Source: Chamaesiphon sp.
GTDB lineage: Bacteria; Cyanobacteriota; Cyanobacteriia; Cyanobacteriales; Chamaesiphonaceae
Direction of reading: 5' to 3'
Assembly (NCBI GenBank): GCA_965246715.1
Contig: CBDFFH010000015.1
Coordinates: 1 to 64,000 of the forward strand
DNA length: 64,000 bases
How positions within the stretch are numbered: position 1 is the stretch's first letter; each line of letters begins with the position of its first letter. A model generated the notes under the pieces. It saw nothing but the letters and a program-made list of their open reading frames with translations. It was not told where the DNA came from and searched no databases. The translations under genes and the position numbers were made by a program. Positions 1 through 12,051 of this stretch are shown here, piece by piece.

Positions 1-353
1 CGTTGAGAACGATCTTCAGTAATATCGATCGAGACAATCTTTTTAACCCCAAATTGTTGCAGTTTAGCAATTAAATTGGTACCGACAAATCCTTGACCGC
101 CAGTGATTAAAACTACTTTATCTTTCAAACTAGCGGTAACTTTAGGAATGTCAATTTCGACCCGACGCTGATAAGATTCAGAAAATGGATCGCTACTCAA
201 TCCTTTACGACCGGAGATATCGATTAGTGCCTCAGTCAACTCACTCAATCTTGCCAAAGTCTCTGGAGCGGTTGGTTCTGATGCCCCAACTGGAACTATA
301 TCCCAGATCGATTGCAGGATATCGTTTCTAGACAATGATGATGACAATCCCAT
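1..353 (-). CDS. NAD-dependent sugar epimerase/dehydratase (CapD-like polysaccharide biosynthesis protein), N-terminal part; runs off window start
   Basis: Manual translation from ATG at 353: MGLSSSLSRNDILQSIW...KDKVVLITGGQGFVGTNLIAKL, with a Rossmann GGxGxxG motif; open to position 1; not in the ORF track. Confidence 0.75.
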   Translation of the reverse strand, partial: MGLSSSLSRNDILQSIWDIVPVGASEPTAPETLARLSELTEALIDISGRKGLSSDPFSESYQRRVEIDIPKVTASLKDKVVLITGGQGFVGTNLIAKLQQFGVKKIVSIDITEDRSQ

Positions 354-851
354 AACTACTATGCTCTCTATCAAATATTTTTGCTCGCAACATTCTTTCG
401 CCTAGACATGCTGAGGCGATCGCGGTAAATAAATAGCTTCTAATTTTATCTCTGTTGTTTTGCTAGACCGAACTAATTTAAAGCCTTACTCTATCCCGAT
501 AGCCCAATCATATTCGACGAAACTACAAGCTGAATCAGCTAATTCTCTCAACTAGAACGTGTACAAATAGCGCAACAGGTAGGTCTTCTGTCGCAAGTTA
601 CAGGTGACAGTTCGCAAGTGGAAAGATATCCAGATGGTTAAAAGAAGTCGCTAACCCTAAGTACGCCCACAAACAGGAACGAGTCTACGTAAATTATGCT
701 AGCGAAACGATTTCGAGCTTCAGCAGAATTAGCGATCTCCCCTAAAAGTTCCGATGTTACGATTGGCTTATCACTTTGTAACCTAACAGTTACGAATGCG
801 CTTAAATTTTTAAACATGGTGCAATCTTCTGAACCAATCTACATTAAATAT

Positions 852-1892
852 ATGTCAACTGCAATTTTAAAAATTACAGCAGAGCAGCCGACGCGCTCAA
901 ATCATAGAGTACACGGACTGGATACAATTCGGTTTTTTCTCGCTCTCTGGGTTGTGGCTGCTCACTTCTGGGTACCACTAGGCATCGACAAAAGTAGTAC
1001 TGTCGGTAAGTTAATCATTGGATTATACGACAATTTTATTAATGGCCCTGCCGCAGTAATCGTATTTTTCGTTATTTCTGGCTTTTGCATTCACTATCCA
1101 TATCGACACAAGCGAGAATTGGCGTTAATTCCTTACTTTTCACGCCGACATTTGCGAATCTGGGTACCGATCTTTATTACAGTTCTATGTGGTATGCCAC
1201 TTGGTGTTAAGTTTTCATTGATGGAAAGATCGATTCTCTGGAGCTTATTGGCAGAGGAAATTTATTACCTAATTTATCCAATTATTTTATGGTTGCGGAG
1301 GCAGCTCGGTTGGCGCAAACTACTAATCTTCGCTTATGCCTGTGCTAGTACGATCGTCTTGAGTAATCCAACTATCAATGATTACCCATCATACGGCCCT
1401 TATTTAACTTGGCTGCTGGGACTACCGACTTGGTTACTAGGCTGCTGTTTGGCGGAGAAGTCCGATAAGCTATGTCAGACAGTGGTAAACATCGACACGA
1501 TTCATATTTGGCGGTGGCGATTTGCCGCTTGGCTGCTGAGTTTTATTTGCAGTATTGCGAACTTTCACTCGCCGATTAAGTATCCCTTAAATCTCACACT
1601 CTTTGCGGTGTTTGCATTTTTCTGGCTGGGACAAGAAATTGCTTATCATCAATTACGTGCCCCCAATCCTCTGTTTGAAAATGCTGGTAAGGGTAGCTAC
1701 TCGATTTATCTGTTTCATTTACTAGCGCCACCGCTATATATACTACTAAAACTTCCCACCTTTAGCCCTCTGCTACAGTGGGTTGTGCAGATTGCTTTCG
1801 CCCTACCTATTTGCTATGTTTTTTACCTATTGGTAGAAAGACCATCGCATTCGCTCGCGCGCAAAGTTGCCGAAAAACTCTCGCGCAAATAG
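852..1892 (+). CDS. Acyltransferase family 3 (OafA-like) membrane O-acyltransferase
   Basis: GLDTIRFFLALWVV, FFVISGF, WSLLAEEIYYL, SYSIYLFH and VERP motifs; start likely ATG 852 (track ORF begins 696). Confidence 0.85.
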   Translation: MSTAILKITAEQPTRSNHRVHGLDTIRFFLALWVVAAHFWVPLGIDKSSTVGKLIIGLYDNFINGPAAVIVFFVISGFCIHYPYRHKRELALIPYFSRRHLRIWVPIFITVLCGMPLGVKFSLMERSILWSLLAEEIYYLIYPIILWLRRQLGWRKLLIFAYACASTIVLSNPTINDYPSYGPYLTWLLGLPTWLLGCCLAEKSDKLCQTVVNIDTIHIWRWRFAAWLLSFICSIANFHSPIKYPLNLTLFAVFAFFWLGQEIAYHQLRAPNPLFENAGKGSYSIYLFHLLAPPLYILLKLPTFSPLLQWVVQIAFALPICYVFYLLVERPSHSLARKVAEKLSRK

Positions 1893-2016
1893 GCTAAATT
1901 CGATCGCACGCCAGCTGCTCAATAGCCAGCCGACGAGCGTTAATTCGCACAATTATTTGTAAAGACGTTCCACTGGAACGTCTTCCAAACGACTCATCAG
2001 GTCGTCTCTACAAATT

Positions 2017-3003
<987 letters not shown>

Positions 3004-3072
3004 CGTCGTTGCTCCTGAAGATGAAGGGTCTATGATTTCATCCTAAACTATTTAACTGCGTGCATCGATCGG

Positions 3073-3750
3073 TTAACTTCTAAACAGGCGACTGTAGAGG
3101 GTTTCATGCTGCATACTTGCTAGCGCCAATCCCCAACTACAAGCATAGAGATTTTCATCATTAAGGGTGGGAATAGTCAATGACAGTCGATCGATCTCGG
3201 CTTGCAATTCCCACAATATCTGCTGTCCGGCTGTTTGTCCAAGGGGAATTAATTTCACACCAGCACCGATGAGATTTGTTACCCAACTGTGTAAGTAAGC
3301 CGAAATTGCTGCTGCTCGCTCGATCTGCCAATGCTGTGCCGTCATCCCAAATGCGATCGCATAACTACAGGGCAATTCTACGTTACTAATTAATTCTTTA
3401 ATCTCCGGCGTTAGTTCGATCGCCAGCTTGATCAAAGAACCACCCATTTGCCAACTTTGTTCGCGCAGTTCTTCAGTTTCGCGTGCGGCTGAAAGCCAAT
3501 GATTCCAATATTGCAATCGCTCTCCATCCGACTCAATCCCAGCCAAATAAGCTCGATCCATCACTGCTGTCTCGATCCGAATTGCACCGACGCATAATTC
3601 GCGATCGATCCAGGATTTGAATGTCGCTCGATCGCGAATGATTCCTTGGGAAACCAGACTTTCCAATCCTTCAGAATAACTATAACCGCCCACTGGCAAC
3701 AGTGGACTAGCTAATTGTAATAATCTTAATAGGTTGTTGTTATTTGTCAA
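3073..3750 (-). CDS. ureF: Urease accessory protein UreF
   Basis: LLQLASPLLPVGGYSYSEGLE N-terminus; C-terminal HETLYSRLFRS. Confidence 0.95.
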   Translation of the reverse strand: MTNNNNLLRLLQLASPLLPVGGYSYSEGLESLVSQGIIRDRATFKSWIDRELCVGAIRIETAVMDRAYLAGIESDGERLQYWNHWLSAARETEELREQSWQMGGSLIKLAIELTPEIKELISNVELPCSYAIAFGMTAQHWQIERAAAISAYLHSWVTNLIGAGVKLIPLGQTAGQQILWELQAEIDRLSLTIPTLNDENLYACSWGLALASMQHETLYSRLFRS

Positions 3751-3850
3751 TATTTTTTAATGTCGATCGATAATAAATAATAACCACATCCCCGAATTCT
3801 CGGAGAATTCGGGAATGTTACGCGATGTGGCAAGAAGTCGGGGATGTGAT

Positions 3851-5361
3851 CAGGTTAAACGCATCAAAACTTGATATGAGGCGATCGAATTCAATAATAC
3901 ATACAACTTAAGCAGTATTTATGAACTAAATACATTTACGACGAATTCAATTAGAACTGATGTATAGTATAAGGCAATATTTATTTAATTTAATGCAATA
4001 TAAAGTAGTCGATCGAAGGAATAACTTAAATCGTCGATATATTATAGAAGTAATTTGATTTCAACCAATAGTTCGTAAATTATAAAATACCTTCTAAAAT
4101 TTCAGCCAAGTATTTGTCATCTATACCTGCTAGAAATCTCTTGCTTTTCACACTTAATTTCCGACTTTTATTTTGACTAATTAAGTTAATAGCTATGTGC
4201 CGTAATACTGCAAAATTAGCTGGCGCATTATCTTTCCTAATTCGACTATAATCTTCTCTTAAAGAAACATCAAGTACCCAATGAAGTGAATTTTCTATCC
4301 CCCAATGACCTCTAATTGCTCCGGCGACTCTCTTGGCATTATTAGCTAAACTACTAATAAAATAACGAGTCTCTACGGTGGTTTTATCCCCAATAGTTCT
4401 TACTGATTCAACCATCGCAATACTAGTCAATTTCATCCAGTTATGGGATGAATCTATTCGATCGGCAACATCTGATATCATTAAATAATTACGGATTTCT
4501 TCCCTACCCCCATTAATCTCCTTAGTCCTGAAATCACTCAGATTGAAACCTGCGCCACCAGTTGCAATAGCCTGTTTAAATAGCCTTTCTACTTGGTCGT
4601 ATAAACTTGGTTGATTCTTTTTCACAGCAATTACATAATCTGCATCTTTTTCAACAATTTTTTTTACTATTTCTCTTTGACATCCCATTGCATCAATGGT
4701 AACTATACATCCGGCTAAATCTAGAACTTTAATTAATTCAGGAAGTGCTGTGATTTCATTAGATTTGCCCTCAACCATTTTCTGTCCTAATACTAATCTA
4801 TTAGTTACAGCCCATGCACTAACAGTATTTAGTACACCTTGTCCATTAGTATTATCTCCTGAATTTCGAGATTGTTTGCCGTCAAGTGCAATTATTTCTC
4901 CTGCTGTTATTTTAGATATTCCTTTAACCCAACTCAGGAAACTTTTTTGAAATTCTTCAGGATTAATTCGTGAAAATACCCTTCCAAATGTATCATGTGA
5001 TGGAATACCATGCGGCAACTCTAAAAATTTACCTAGCCATTCCTTCTTCGCCAAACCATAAATTTCTATATCTATCCATGTATCAGCTCCAGATACTACA
5101 GCACAAATGGTAATGGTGATGATATCAATTAATTTATGCTTTTTCCCGCGCTCTGTCCTGTAGTCTTCTACACTCTCGAAGTGTTCTATAATACTATATT
5201 TTGGCTTCAGCTTCATTTTAGTTAAATTAAATTTGTTAAATTCTAACATAGTTAATTAGCTCTAACTATTACCTAGCAGTAATTACAAGATTTCTAGATG
5301 CTATTTATTCATTCGATCGTCAAAGTTTTTAGTAATAACAAATTTAAGTGCGTTTAACCTG
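3851..5361 (-). mobile_element. ISAs1-family insertion sequence, copy 1 (1511 bp)
   Basis: TIR CAGGTTAAACGCA at both ends; 10-bp target duplication GGGATGTGAT at 3841-3850 and 5362-5371; AT-rich. Confidence 0.95.
4080..5249 (-). CDS. ISAs1-family DDE transposase
   Basis: GIPSHDTF, IALDGK, KSNEITA, TIDAMGCQ and HWGIENSLHW motifs. Confidence 0.95.
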   Translation of the reverse strand: MLEFNKFNLTKMKLKPKYSIIEHFESVEDYRTERGKKHKLIDIITITICAVVSGADTWIDIEIYGLAKKEWLGKFLELPHGIPSHDTFGRVFSRINPEEFQKSFLSWVKGISKITAGEIIALDGKQSRNSGDNTNGQGVLNTVSAWAVTNRLVLGQKMVEGKSNEITALPELIKVLDLAGCIVTIDAMGCQREIVKKIVEKDADYVIAVKKNQPSLYDQVERLFKQAIATGGAGFNLSDFRTKEINGGREEIRNYLMISDVADRIDSSHNWMKLTSIAMVESVRTIGDKTTVETRYFISSLANNAKRVAGAIRGHWGIENSLHWVLDVSLREDYSRIRKDNAPANFAVLRHIAINLISQNKSRKLSVKSKRFLAGIDDKYLAEILEGIL

Positions 5362-5375
5362 GGGATGTGATGACT

Positions 5376-6341
5376 CTAGCTCATTTCTAACATCCGTTGC
5401 ATCGGACGTAATGCTGCCAATCTCACCTCTTCAGGCATGGTAATTTCTGGCGATTTGTGTTTCATTGCTAGATACAACTTTTCTAATGTATTCAATCGCA
5501 TGTGCGGGCATTCATTACACGCACAATTATTCATCGGTGGCGCGGGAATGAATTCCTTGTGCATTCTAGCTCTTTGCATCTGGTGGATGATTCCTGGCTC
5601 TGTAGCGATGATAAATCGATCGAGCGAACTTTCCTGAGTATATTTCAATAACGCACTTGTCGAACCGATAAAATCGGCGTGGCGCAACACCGCTTCCTCA
5701 CACTCAGGATGCGCAATAACTTCCGCATCGGGATAGGCGATTTTTAGCTGTACCAACTTCTTCTCAGAAAAAGTTTCATGTACCATACAGCTTCCTTGCC
5801 AAAGTACCATCTCTCGCTCTGCCTGCTGCATCACATACCGACCCAAATTGCGATCGGGTGCAAAAATAATTCCCTGTTCTGGTGGGATCTGTTTGACTAT
5901 TTTCACAGCATTAGAACTCGTACAAATAATATCGCTGAGTGCCTTGATTTCTGCCGTACAGTTGATATAAGAAATGACGATATGGTCGGGATACTTCGCT
6001 TTAAATGCTGCAAACACATCCGGCGGACAACTATCGGCTAACGAACAACCTGCGGCTAAATCTGGTAATAAAACTAACTTGTTAGGATTCAAGATCTTGG
6101 CAGTTTCCGCCATAAAATGCACGCCCGCAAAAACGATGACATCGGCATCGGTACTTGCCGCTTTACGCGACAATTCTAGCGAGTCCCCGATGAAATCTGC
6201 TACATCTTGAATCTCTGAGTCTTGATAATAGTGCGCCAAAATTACAGCATTGAGCGATTTTTTCAACTCCCCGATCGCGGCTACCACATCAACAGGAATA
6301 TTATCGCGATTTGCAGCAGTCGGACGTGCGGTAACAAACAT
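5376..6341 (-). CDS. nadA: Quinolinate synthase
   Basis: [31 protein letters not shown] and CNECPHM motifs. Confidence 0.97.
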   Translation of the reverse strand: MFVTARPTAANRDNIPVDVVAAIGELKKSLNAVILAHYYQDSEIQDVADFIGDSLELSRKAASTDADVIVFAGVHFMAETAKILNPNKLVLLPDLAAGCSLADSCPPDVFAAFKAKYPDHIVISYINCTAEIKALSDIICTSSNAVKIVKQIPPEQGIIFAPDRNLGRYVMQQAEREMVLWQGSCMVHETFSEKKLVQLKIAYPDAEVIAHPECEEAVLRHADFIGSTSALLKYTQESSLDRFIIATEPGIIHQMQRARMHKEFIPAPPMNNCACNECPHMRLNTLEKLYLAMKHKSPEITMPEEVRLAALRPMQRMLEMS

Positions 6342-6420
6342 TTTCGGTACAGGGGATATAAGTACTTAAGCCTTGTAATTTCAATTATAGTAGATTTTAC
6401 CAAAATGCCAAGAGGGTAAT

Positions 6421-6586
6421 TTCACATCTTGCGTCGAAACAAATTTACTAGTGTTTTAGTGGCTAGTGGCTAGTGGCTAGTGACTGTTATAACAGGGCTT
6501 TTTATATTTGGGCGTTACCGTTGGCTTAGCCTAGCATCATCTGGGAGGTTTCCTCCCAACTGCGAGCCGCTGGTGCAAGATGTGAG
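6421..6586. mobile_element. MITE-like element containing (TAGTGGC)n heptamer repeats
   Basis: Imperfect TIRs TTCACATCTTGC / GCAAGATGTGAG flanked by AAT on both sides; heptamer repeats near 6457-6484. Confidence 0.55.
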
Positions 6587-6596
6587 AATTTCTAGT

Positions 6597-8009
6597 TTAT
6601 TTGCTCTGCTGCGCTAGCATTTGCTCCGCCAGTTCTTGCCATTCTTGACGGAGCTTATTATCTTCAGCTTTACTAGTAAGCGATCGACCGTTCAATTCTG
6701 GATGCTTGGCATGAAAGGCTTTATCGACTTGACGATAAAATTTGAGGGCGGGAATATTGCGTTGCTTTAACTTTTGGTTCAAATCCTGTTGCTGTTGCTG
6801 CACAGTCGGTGAGGCAGACTTAAGGGGATTGGGAATCGATTTCTCGATGCTGGATTTGGCACCATTGAGCCGATCGCTTATCATTTTGCCAGGATCGATC
6901 GACTGTACCCATTTAGCTACAGTACTAATTCCCAGACAGGCAATAAATAGCCCAGACATTAGCTTAGTTACCTGTAATGCTGGTTTTTTCCATTCATTGG
7001 GATCTCTGGCGGGTAGCTCGGTTTTTGGCGTAGTAGCGATGGGTTGGCGCGGGCTGATTTCGATGGTTTTGAGTTGAGAAATCTTATTGGCATGAGTAAT
7101 CGGTTGCGGATTGTTTGGTGCTGCGGTATTGAAACTCGCCGCCGCATAGTTGTTGCTGGCGGGGAGGATTGCCAAAACTTCTTTGGCGGTTTGATAACGA
7201 TGTTGGGGATTGTATTGCAGTAATCGATCGATTATCGCACCGAGTTCGGAACTGAGGTTGACATATTTACGCCATTCCCACTTTGCCTCAGCAGGGTTGT
7301 AAATGTCAGTGGCATCTTTTCCTGTTAGCAGGGTGAGCGCGGTGGCGGCAACGGCATAAAGATCGCTCGCTGGCGAAACTTTCCCGCGAATCATCTGCTC
7401 GTCGGGTGCATAACCTTGTTTACCAATGCGGGTGGCAATTTTGGCGGTACTATAGCGCGAAACGGCAGTGGCAGCGATTTCCTTAACGCAACCAAAATCG
7501 ATCAGTACGGGCAATCGATCGCTGTAACGATAGATAATATTATCAGGTGAGATATCGCGATGGATTACGCCTAAATTGTGAATATAATCGAGGACAGGTA
7601 GTAATTGTTGTAAAAATTGGACGACCTCATCCTCACTAAAAACTTTTCCTTGACTGACCCGTTGATTTACGCGATCGAGATAGTTCTCTCCGTCAATAAA
7701 ATCTTGAACCAAAAATAGCGACTCACTTTGCACCCCATCTACCCGCAACAGCTCTCGGAAGGCGGGGATTTGTGGATGCTTGAGTTTATATAAAATTCCA
7801 GTTTCGCGCTCGAATAATTCCTTGGCTTTTTGCAATTCCGCTTGGCCGCGAACTTGCGGTGCAAATTCTTTTAAAACGCATTTCTCGCCAAACTTATTGC
7901 GATCGATCGCTAAATAAGTCCGCCCAAATCCACCCCTACCCAGTTCGCGCACGACCTCATAACGGTTGCTTAATAAATTACCTGGAGTAAGTAACGATGA
8001 CTCTATCAT
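6597..8009 (-). CDS. Hanks-type Ser/Thr protein kinase with a single TM segment
   Basis: LGRGGFG, VLKEF, IHRDISPDN, LIDFG; hydrophobic segment near aa 350. Confidence 0.95.
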   Translation of the reverse strand: MIESSLLTPGNLLSNRYEVVRELGRGGFGRTYLAIDRNKFGEKCVLKEFAPQVRGQAELQKAKELFERETGILYKLKHPQIPAFRELLRVDGVQSESLFLVQDFIDGENYLDRVNQRVSQGKVFSEDEVVQFLQQLLPVLDYIHNLGVIHRDISPDNIIYRYSDRLPVLIDFGCVKEIAATAVSRYSTAKIATRIGKQGYAPDEQMIRGKVSPASDLYAVAATALTLLTGKDATDIYNPAEAKWEWRKYVNLSSELGAIIDRLLQYNPQHRYQTAKEVLAILPASNNYAAASFNTAAPNNPQPITHANKISQLKTIEISPRQPIATTPKTELPARDPNEWKKPALQVTKLMSGLFIACLGISTVAKWVQSIDPGKMISDRLNGAKSSIEKSIPNPLKSASPTVQQQQQDLNQKLKQRNIPALKFYRQVDKAFHAKHPELNGRSLTSKAEDNKLRQEWQELAEQMLAQQSK

Positions 8010-8196
8010 GAGCTGAATAAATTATCTGGGGTGAGTAATAATGACTCGATCGCGAGCGAATAGGTTGCTGAGGTCGCTACTGTTTATCAACGTAACCACA
8101 CTTAATGAAATATCGCTAAATATATTTTAATTTTAGCCTGAAATCCGCGCGGACTTTGCCCTGCTTACTACTCTTTCAATGGGCACTGTGCCAACC

Positions 8197-8817
8197 CTAG
8201 TTTTGCTGTTGTCCTGGCTGTGAGCGGTCGATTGACATCCACTCAGCTACATGCGATCGCAGCTCTGGAAAGAATTCCCGAAAATCCCGATCGAGTGCAT
8301 CATAGTTATCGATAATATCTGGCATTGCCAGCTCTAATGTAAAGGTGCGGTGCATGCGGTATTCCAATCGGCGCGAAATCCGCATCAGGGATGTTTCGAC
8401 ACCAGCTAAATCTCGATACGATCGCAGTAAGTCGTCTTGGATCATCCGATCTATCTGTGTTTTTGTCATCACTGGAATGGCTGAATATACACCAAAGCTC
8501 GTATAAACTTCGCTAATGAAATCATCGATCGGGATAGTACCATACAATTCCCAATTCTTGATTAATAAGTGGTCGTATAATACATCGATAATAACCCCTG
8601 CAAAGCGACGTTGAGGTGGGGTAATCCTAACTTTACTCTGCGTGACGATCGGGTGAATATCTGTAAAACAATCGATCGCGGTATGACAAGCAATTCCCCG
8701 CTGAAGTTCGGGATTGAGTTCTTTTCTGGCAGCACCTTTGACTAAATCTCCCAGGAGATTTCCCAACCGACTTTCGACATTCGGTTCGGCTAAAAAGATA
8801 TGTGCTAACCAGTTCAT
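8197..8817 (-). CDS. acpH: ACP phosphodiesterase (AcpH family)
   Basis: MNWLAH, GNLLGDLVKG, HTAIDCFTD, DVLYDH, FFPEL. Confidence 0.85.
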   Translation of the reverse strand: MNWLAHIFLAEPNVESRLGNLLGDLVKGAARKELNPELQRGIACHTAIDCFTDIHPIVTQSKVRITPPQRRFAGVIIDVLYDHLLIKNWELYGTIPIDDFISEVYTSFGVYSAIPVMTKTQIDRMIQDDLLRSYRDLAGVETSLMRISRRLEYRMHRTFTLELAMPDIIDNYDALDRDFREFFPELRSHVAEWMSIDRSQPGQQQN

Positions 8818-8854
8818 GAGGGAACAGTGAACAGTGAATAGGGGATAGTGAATA

Positions 8855-8984
8855 CAATACTTCTCGGTTAATCAAAAAACTAGTTAGTCCGCGTAGGCAG
8901 GCTTTTGCCGCGAGCGGCAACAACCGGACTTTGCTTCATTAGCGGCGACTTCAGTCGCTAGCAGTTCTTAACCGAGAAGCATTG
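8855..8984. mobile_element. 130-bp MITE carrying a REP-like palindrome
   Basis: 17-bp TIR CAATACTTCTCGGTTAA / TTAACCGAGAAGCATTG (1 mismatch); 10-bp duplication ATAGTGAATA at 8845-8854 and 8985-8994. Confidence 0.85.
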
Positions 8985-9106
8985 ATAGTGAATAGGGGAT
9001 AGTGGCAGTAAATTCCCCTCCCGGGAGGGGTGCCGCAGGTGGAGTGGGTTATGTCTCCGCATCTCACTACGATTCCCACCAAAGCACGATCGATTGCAGA
9101 CAAAGA

Positions 9107-9136
9107 AACCCTTTCTTCAATTATTGAAGAAAGGGC
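9107..9136 (-). terminator. Hairpin downstream of the aldolase gene, probable terminator
   Basis: CCCTTTCTTCAA-TTA-TTGAAGAAAGGG stem, followed by TTT on the minus strand. Confidence 0.6.
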
Positions 9137-9161
9137 TAAAATTATTAGTTAGTATTTAGGA

Positions 9162-10238
9162 CTAAACACTAACAGCAACTTTAGGCGCAGGATATACACC
9201 TTTAGCATATTTAGCTGCAAATTCTTCCAAGGATGCAGTTTTGATTTTGCTACCTTGACCAGCACACCAGAAAGCAGTGTAACGCTCGGCACATACTTTT
9301 TGCATGTACTTAATGGAGGGTTTCATGAAGTGGCGAGGATCGAATTCTTCAGGCTTAGCTGCTAAAGCTTCGCGGACTGCTGCGGTAATCGCGAGACGGT
9401 TATCGGTATCAATGTTGACTTTCCGAACGCCGCATTTGATCCCTTTTTGGATTTCTTCCAGGGGTACGCCGTAAGTTTCAGGAATTTTACCACCGTACTT
9501 GTTGATCAGCGCGAGGAGATCTTCGGGTACCGAAGAAGAACCGTGCATGACTAAGTGAGTGTTGGGCAGTCTGTTATGAATTTCTTCAATCCGGCTGATG
9601 GCGAGAATTTCACCAGTAGGTTTGCGGGTAAATTTGTACGCACCGTGGCTGGTACCGATCGCAACTGCAAGTGCATCTACACCAGTAGCTTCGACAAATT
9701 GTACCGCTTCATCAGGATCGGTGAGGAGTTGGTCGTGCGATAAAGCACCTTCAAAACCGTGTCCGTCCTCAGCTTCGCCCATCCCAGTTTCGAGGGAACC
9801 CAAACAACCGAGTTCGCCTTCGACGCTCACGCCGATCGCATGTGCTACTTCAACTACTCGACGCGTAACATTAACATTGTACTCAAAGCTTGCAGGAGTC
9901 TTCGCATCAGCTTCTAATGAGCCGTCCATCATGACGCTGGTGAAACCCTGTTTCATTGCCGAGTAACAAGTTGCTTCACTGTTACCGTGGTCTTGGTGCA
10001 TCGCAATGGGAATATTGGGGTAAGTTTCCACTGCTGCTAATACTAGGTGACGCAAGAATGCTTCGCCAGCATAGTTGCGCGCGCCGCGCGAAGCCTGGAG
10101 GATTACCGGGCTGTCAGTTTCTTGAGCAGCCAGCATGATTGCTTGGATTTGCTCCATGTTGTTAACGTTATAAGCAGGGATGCCATAGCTATTTTCAGCA
10201 GCATGATCCAGCAACAGGCGTAATGGTACGAGTGCCAT
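9162..10238 (-). CDS. fbaA: Fructose-bisphosphate aldolase class II (cyanobacterial/Calvin-cycle type)
   Basis: [36 protein letters not shown]; strong AGGAGG RBS. Confidence 0.97.
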   Translation of the reverse strand: MALVPLRLLLDHAAENSYGIPAYNVNNMEQIQAIMLAAQETDSPVILQASRGARNYAGEAFLRHLVLAAVETYPNIPIAMHQDHGNSEATCYSAMKQGFTSVMMDGSLEADAKTPASFEYNVNVTRRVVEVAHAIGVSVEGELGCLGSLETGMGEAEDGHGFEGALSHDQLLTDPDEAVQFVEATGVDALAVAIGTSHGAYKFTRKPTGEILAISRIEEIHNRLPNTHLVMHGSSSVPEDLLALINKYGGKIPETYGVPLEEIQKGIKCGVRKVNIDTDNRLAITAAVREALAAKPEEFDPRHFMKPSIKYMQKVCAERYTAFWCAGQGSKIKTASLEEFAAKYAKGVYPAPKVAVSV

Positions 10239-10549
10239 TAGAAATTCCTCCTATATGTGTTGTCTTTAAAATATTCGATCGAGGGATCGATCTTCAATTT
10301 TTATGATTCTTAACTAAAGACACTTTACCAAAGATCCGTTAGCGATGAACAGTTATTTCTCGATCGGGTTTCTGCTGAGATCGATCTCCTCTCACTTAAA
10401 CTTCCTTCCTACGAGATGTGTCTTGAAAAGGTGCTTCACTTGCGGCGCACTAATCCTTACTGGAAGGCTTCGCCAACGGACGGTAAAGCCCCAACACCTA
10501 CTGCGACAAAAGGCCCTGTCCGCTGCCTATCAGGGTGGGTTTCCGGAAT

Positions 10550-10587
10550 AAAAAAAGGCAACAGTCGATCGACTGTTGCCTTTTTTT
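10550..10587. terminator. Bidirectional intrinsic terminator
   Basis: A-run + GGCAACAGTCGATCGACTGTTGCC + T-run directly downstream of tRNA-Lys. Confidence 0.8.
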
Positions 10588-10608
10588 GTTATTTCCCACT
10601 AGTTAAAG

Positions 10609-10680
10609 TGGGACGCCCGAGATTCGAACTCGGGACCAGTCGGTTAAAAGCCGAATGCTCTACCGCTGAGCTAGCGTCCC
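10609..10680 (-). tRNA. trnK: tRNA-Lys(UUU), CCA not encoded
   Basis: GGGACGCTAGCTCAGCGGTAGAGCATTCGGCTTTTAACCGACTGGTCCCGAGTTCGAATCTCGGGCGTCCCA folds into a cloverleaf with anticodon TTT. Confidence 0.97.
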
Positions 10681-10746
10681 GTTCGGCGTTACTTAATCGC
10701 GCCTTTGCAACTATAACATGAGGAATCTAGTTTTAGCAACTTTTAT

Positions 10747-11616
10747 TTAAGCGAATGTAGCTGCGAAGCTAACACTAGTCGTCAAAGTCTCGCCAGGGGC
10801 AACATGCAGGATATCGATTCCGGTATTAATGCTATTGCGCGGCCCAGTCCACGGCTCTAGACAGTAGAAATCTTTACCTGCAACCGTCCAAAATACTAAC
10901 GTATGGTAATTTGCACTCGATGTCATTTTCAGAGTCAATTTTTGGTGGGTATCGGTGACGGTAGCAATGTTACCAGTCACCTCCGTAAATGCCGCATCGA
11001 TTTCAGCTTGACTAAAATCAAACTTGCCAGCAAATTGGTGAATTTCTCCCGTCTGTTTTTCTTGATAACTAGCAGAGGGGATCTCAAAGCTGAGGCTATG
11101 TTTATCTGGAGCCTGGAAATAGGGATGCAAACCAGTGCTAAACGGCATCGGTGCTGCCGACTTGTTGGTATATGACTGATCGATAACCAATTCACCGCCA
11201 TGGACGCGATAGGTAAAGCTGACGCTAAAATCGAAGGGGTATACCGCACGTGTTGCTTCGGTACTTTTTAGCGTAATGGTCAGACTGGCATCTTTATCGG
11301 TAGATTGACTAGTGACTTGCCACGGTAAATTTCGGGCAAAACCATGTTGGACGAGCGAGTAAGACTTGTCGCCAATTTTATAGGCATTATCTGGTAAATT
11401 GCCACAAATCGGAAATAGGATCGGAAATCCCCCCCGCACACTCAACGTCGGATCGGTAAACCGTTCGGCATCTAAGTACATCAACTCGCGATCGCCCACT
11501 TTCCAGCTAGTTGCAATCCCCCCACGATCGGGATAAACCGTCAAAGAACTTTGAGCGTCCGTATCTGTCAAAAGGTAACTAGGCTCGGTTTGAGCTTGCT
11601 TGGTGATGGTAAACAT
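10747..11616 (-). CDS. Aldose 1-epimerase family protein
   Basis: RGGFPILFP, HGFARN, GLHPYF, YCLEPW; start likely MFTITKQ at 11616. Confidence 0.9.
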   Translation of the reverse strand: MFTITKQAQTEPSYLLTDTDAQSSLTVYPDRGGIATSWKVGDRELMYLDAERFTDPTLSVRGGFPILFPICGNLPDNAYKIGDKSYSLVQHGFARNLPWQVTSQSTDKDASLTITLKSTEATRAVYPFDFSVSFTYRVHGGELVIDQSYTNKSAAPMPFSTGLHPYFQAPDKHSLSFEIPSASYQEKQTGEIHQFAGKFDFSQAEIDAAFTEVTGNIATVTDTHQKLTLKMTSSANYHTLVFWTVAGKDFYCLEPWTGPRNSINTGIDILHVAPGETLTTSVSFAATFA

Positions 11617-12051
11617 GTTGGATTGGGTATTTGCTAAAGTTTTAGAGTAGATACCGTTTGCGTAGCGTACCGGAGGTAATCTCGATCCACTAAGCAAAGA
11701 GACGAGCAAACGGGTATTATAGTTATATAGGCTACACGATCGTTGCTGTATAGTTGCGCTCGAATCATTGCAGCCTATGTAATCACGCGAGCTATCGCCA
11801 ATAATAATGGCAAATTCGACGTTTATGTCAATGCAGCCTTGGGATGCCAACAATTCTCGAATTATTGAGAGTTGTCACCAATCGATCGATGTACTCCGCA
11901 AATTGTGGTTGGATGTTCACATTAAGTTCCTCAACTAAACCGATCGCTTGTAGTTAATTTTGGGAAAGTTAATCTAGCCGATTGTTTCACTAGTAATAAA
12001 GCTAGATTCCCATGTCCGCCACTAGATTTATTTGTTTAGGAGAGTTCAACC

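Noticed and set aside
3073..3750. ureF standing apart from other urease genes
   Set aside because: Dispersed urease genes are common in cyanobacteria.
10345..10721. ORFs 10345-10551 and 10416-10721
   Set aside because: They run through a repeat, a terminator and the antisense of tRNA-Lys, with no protein-like motifs.
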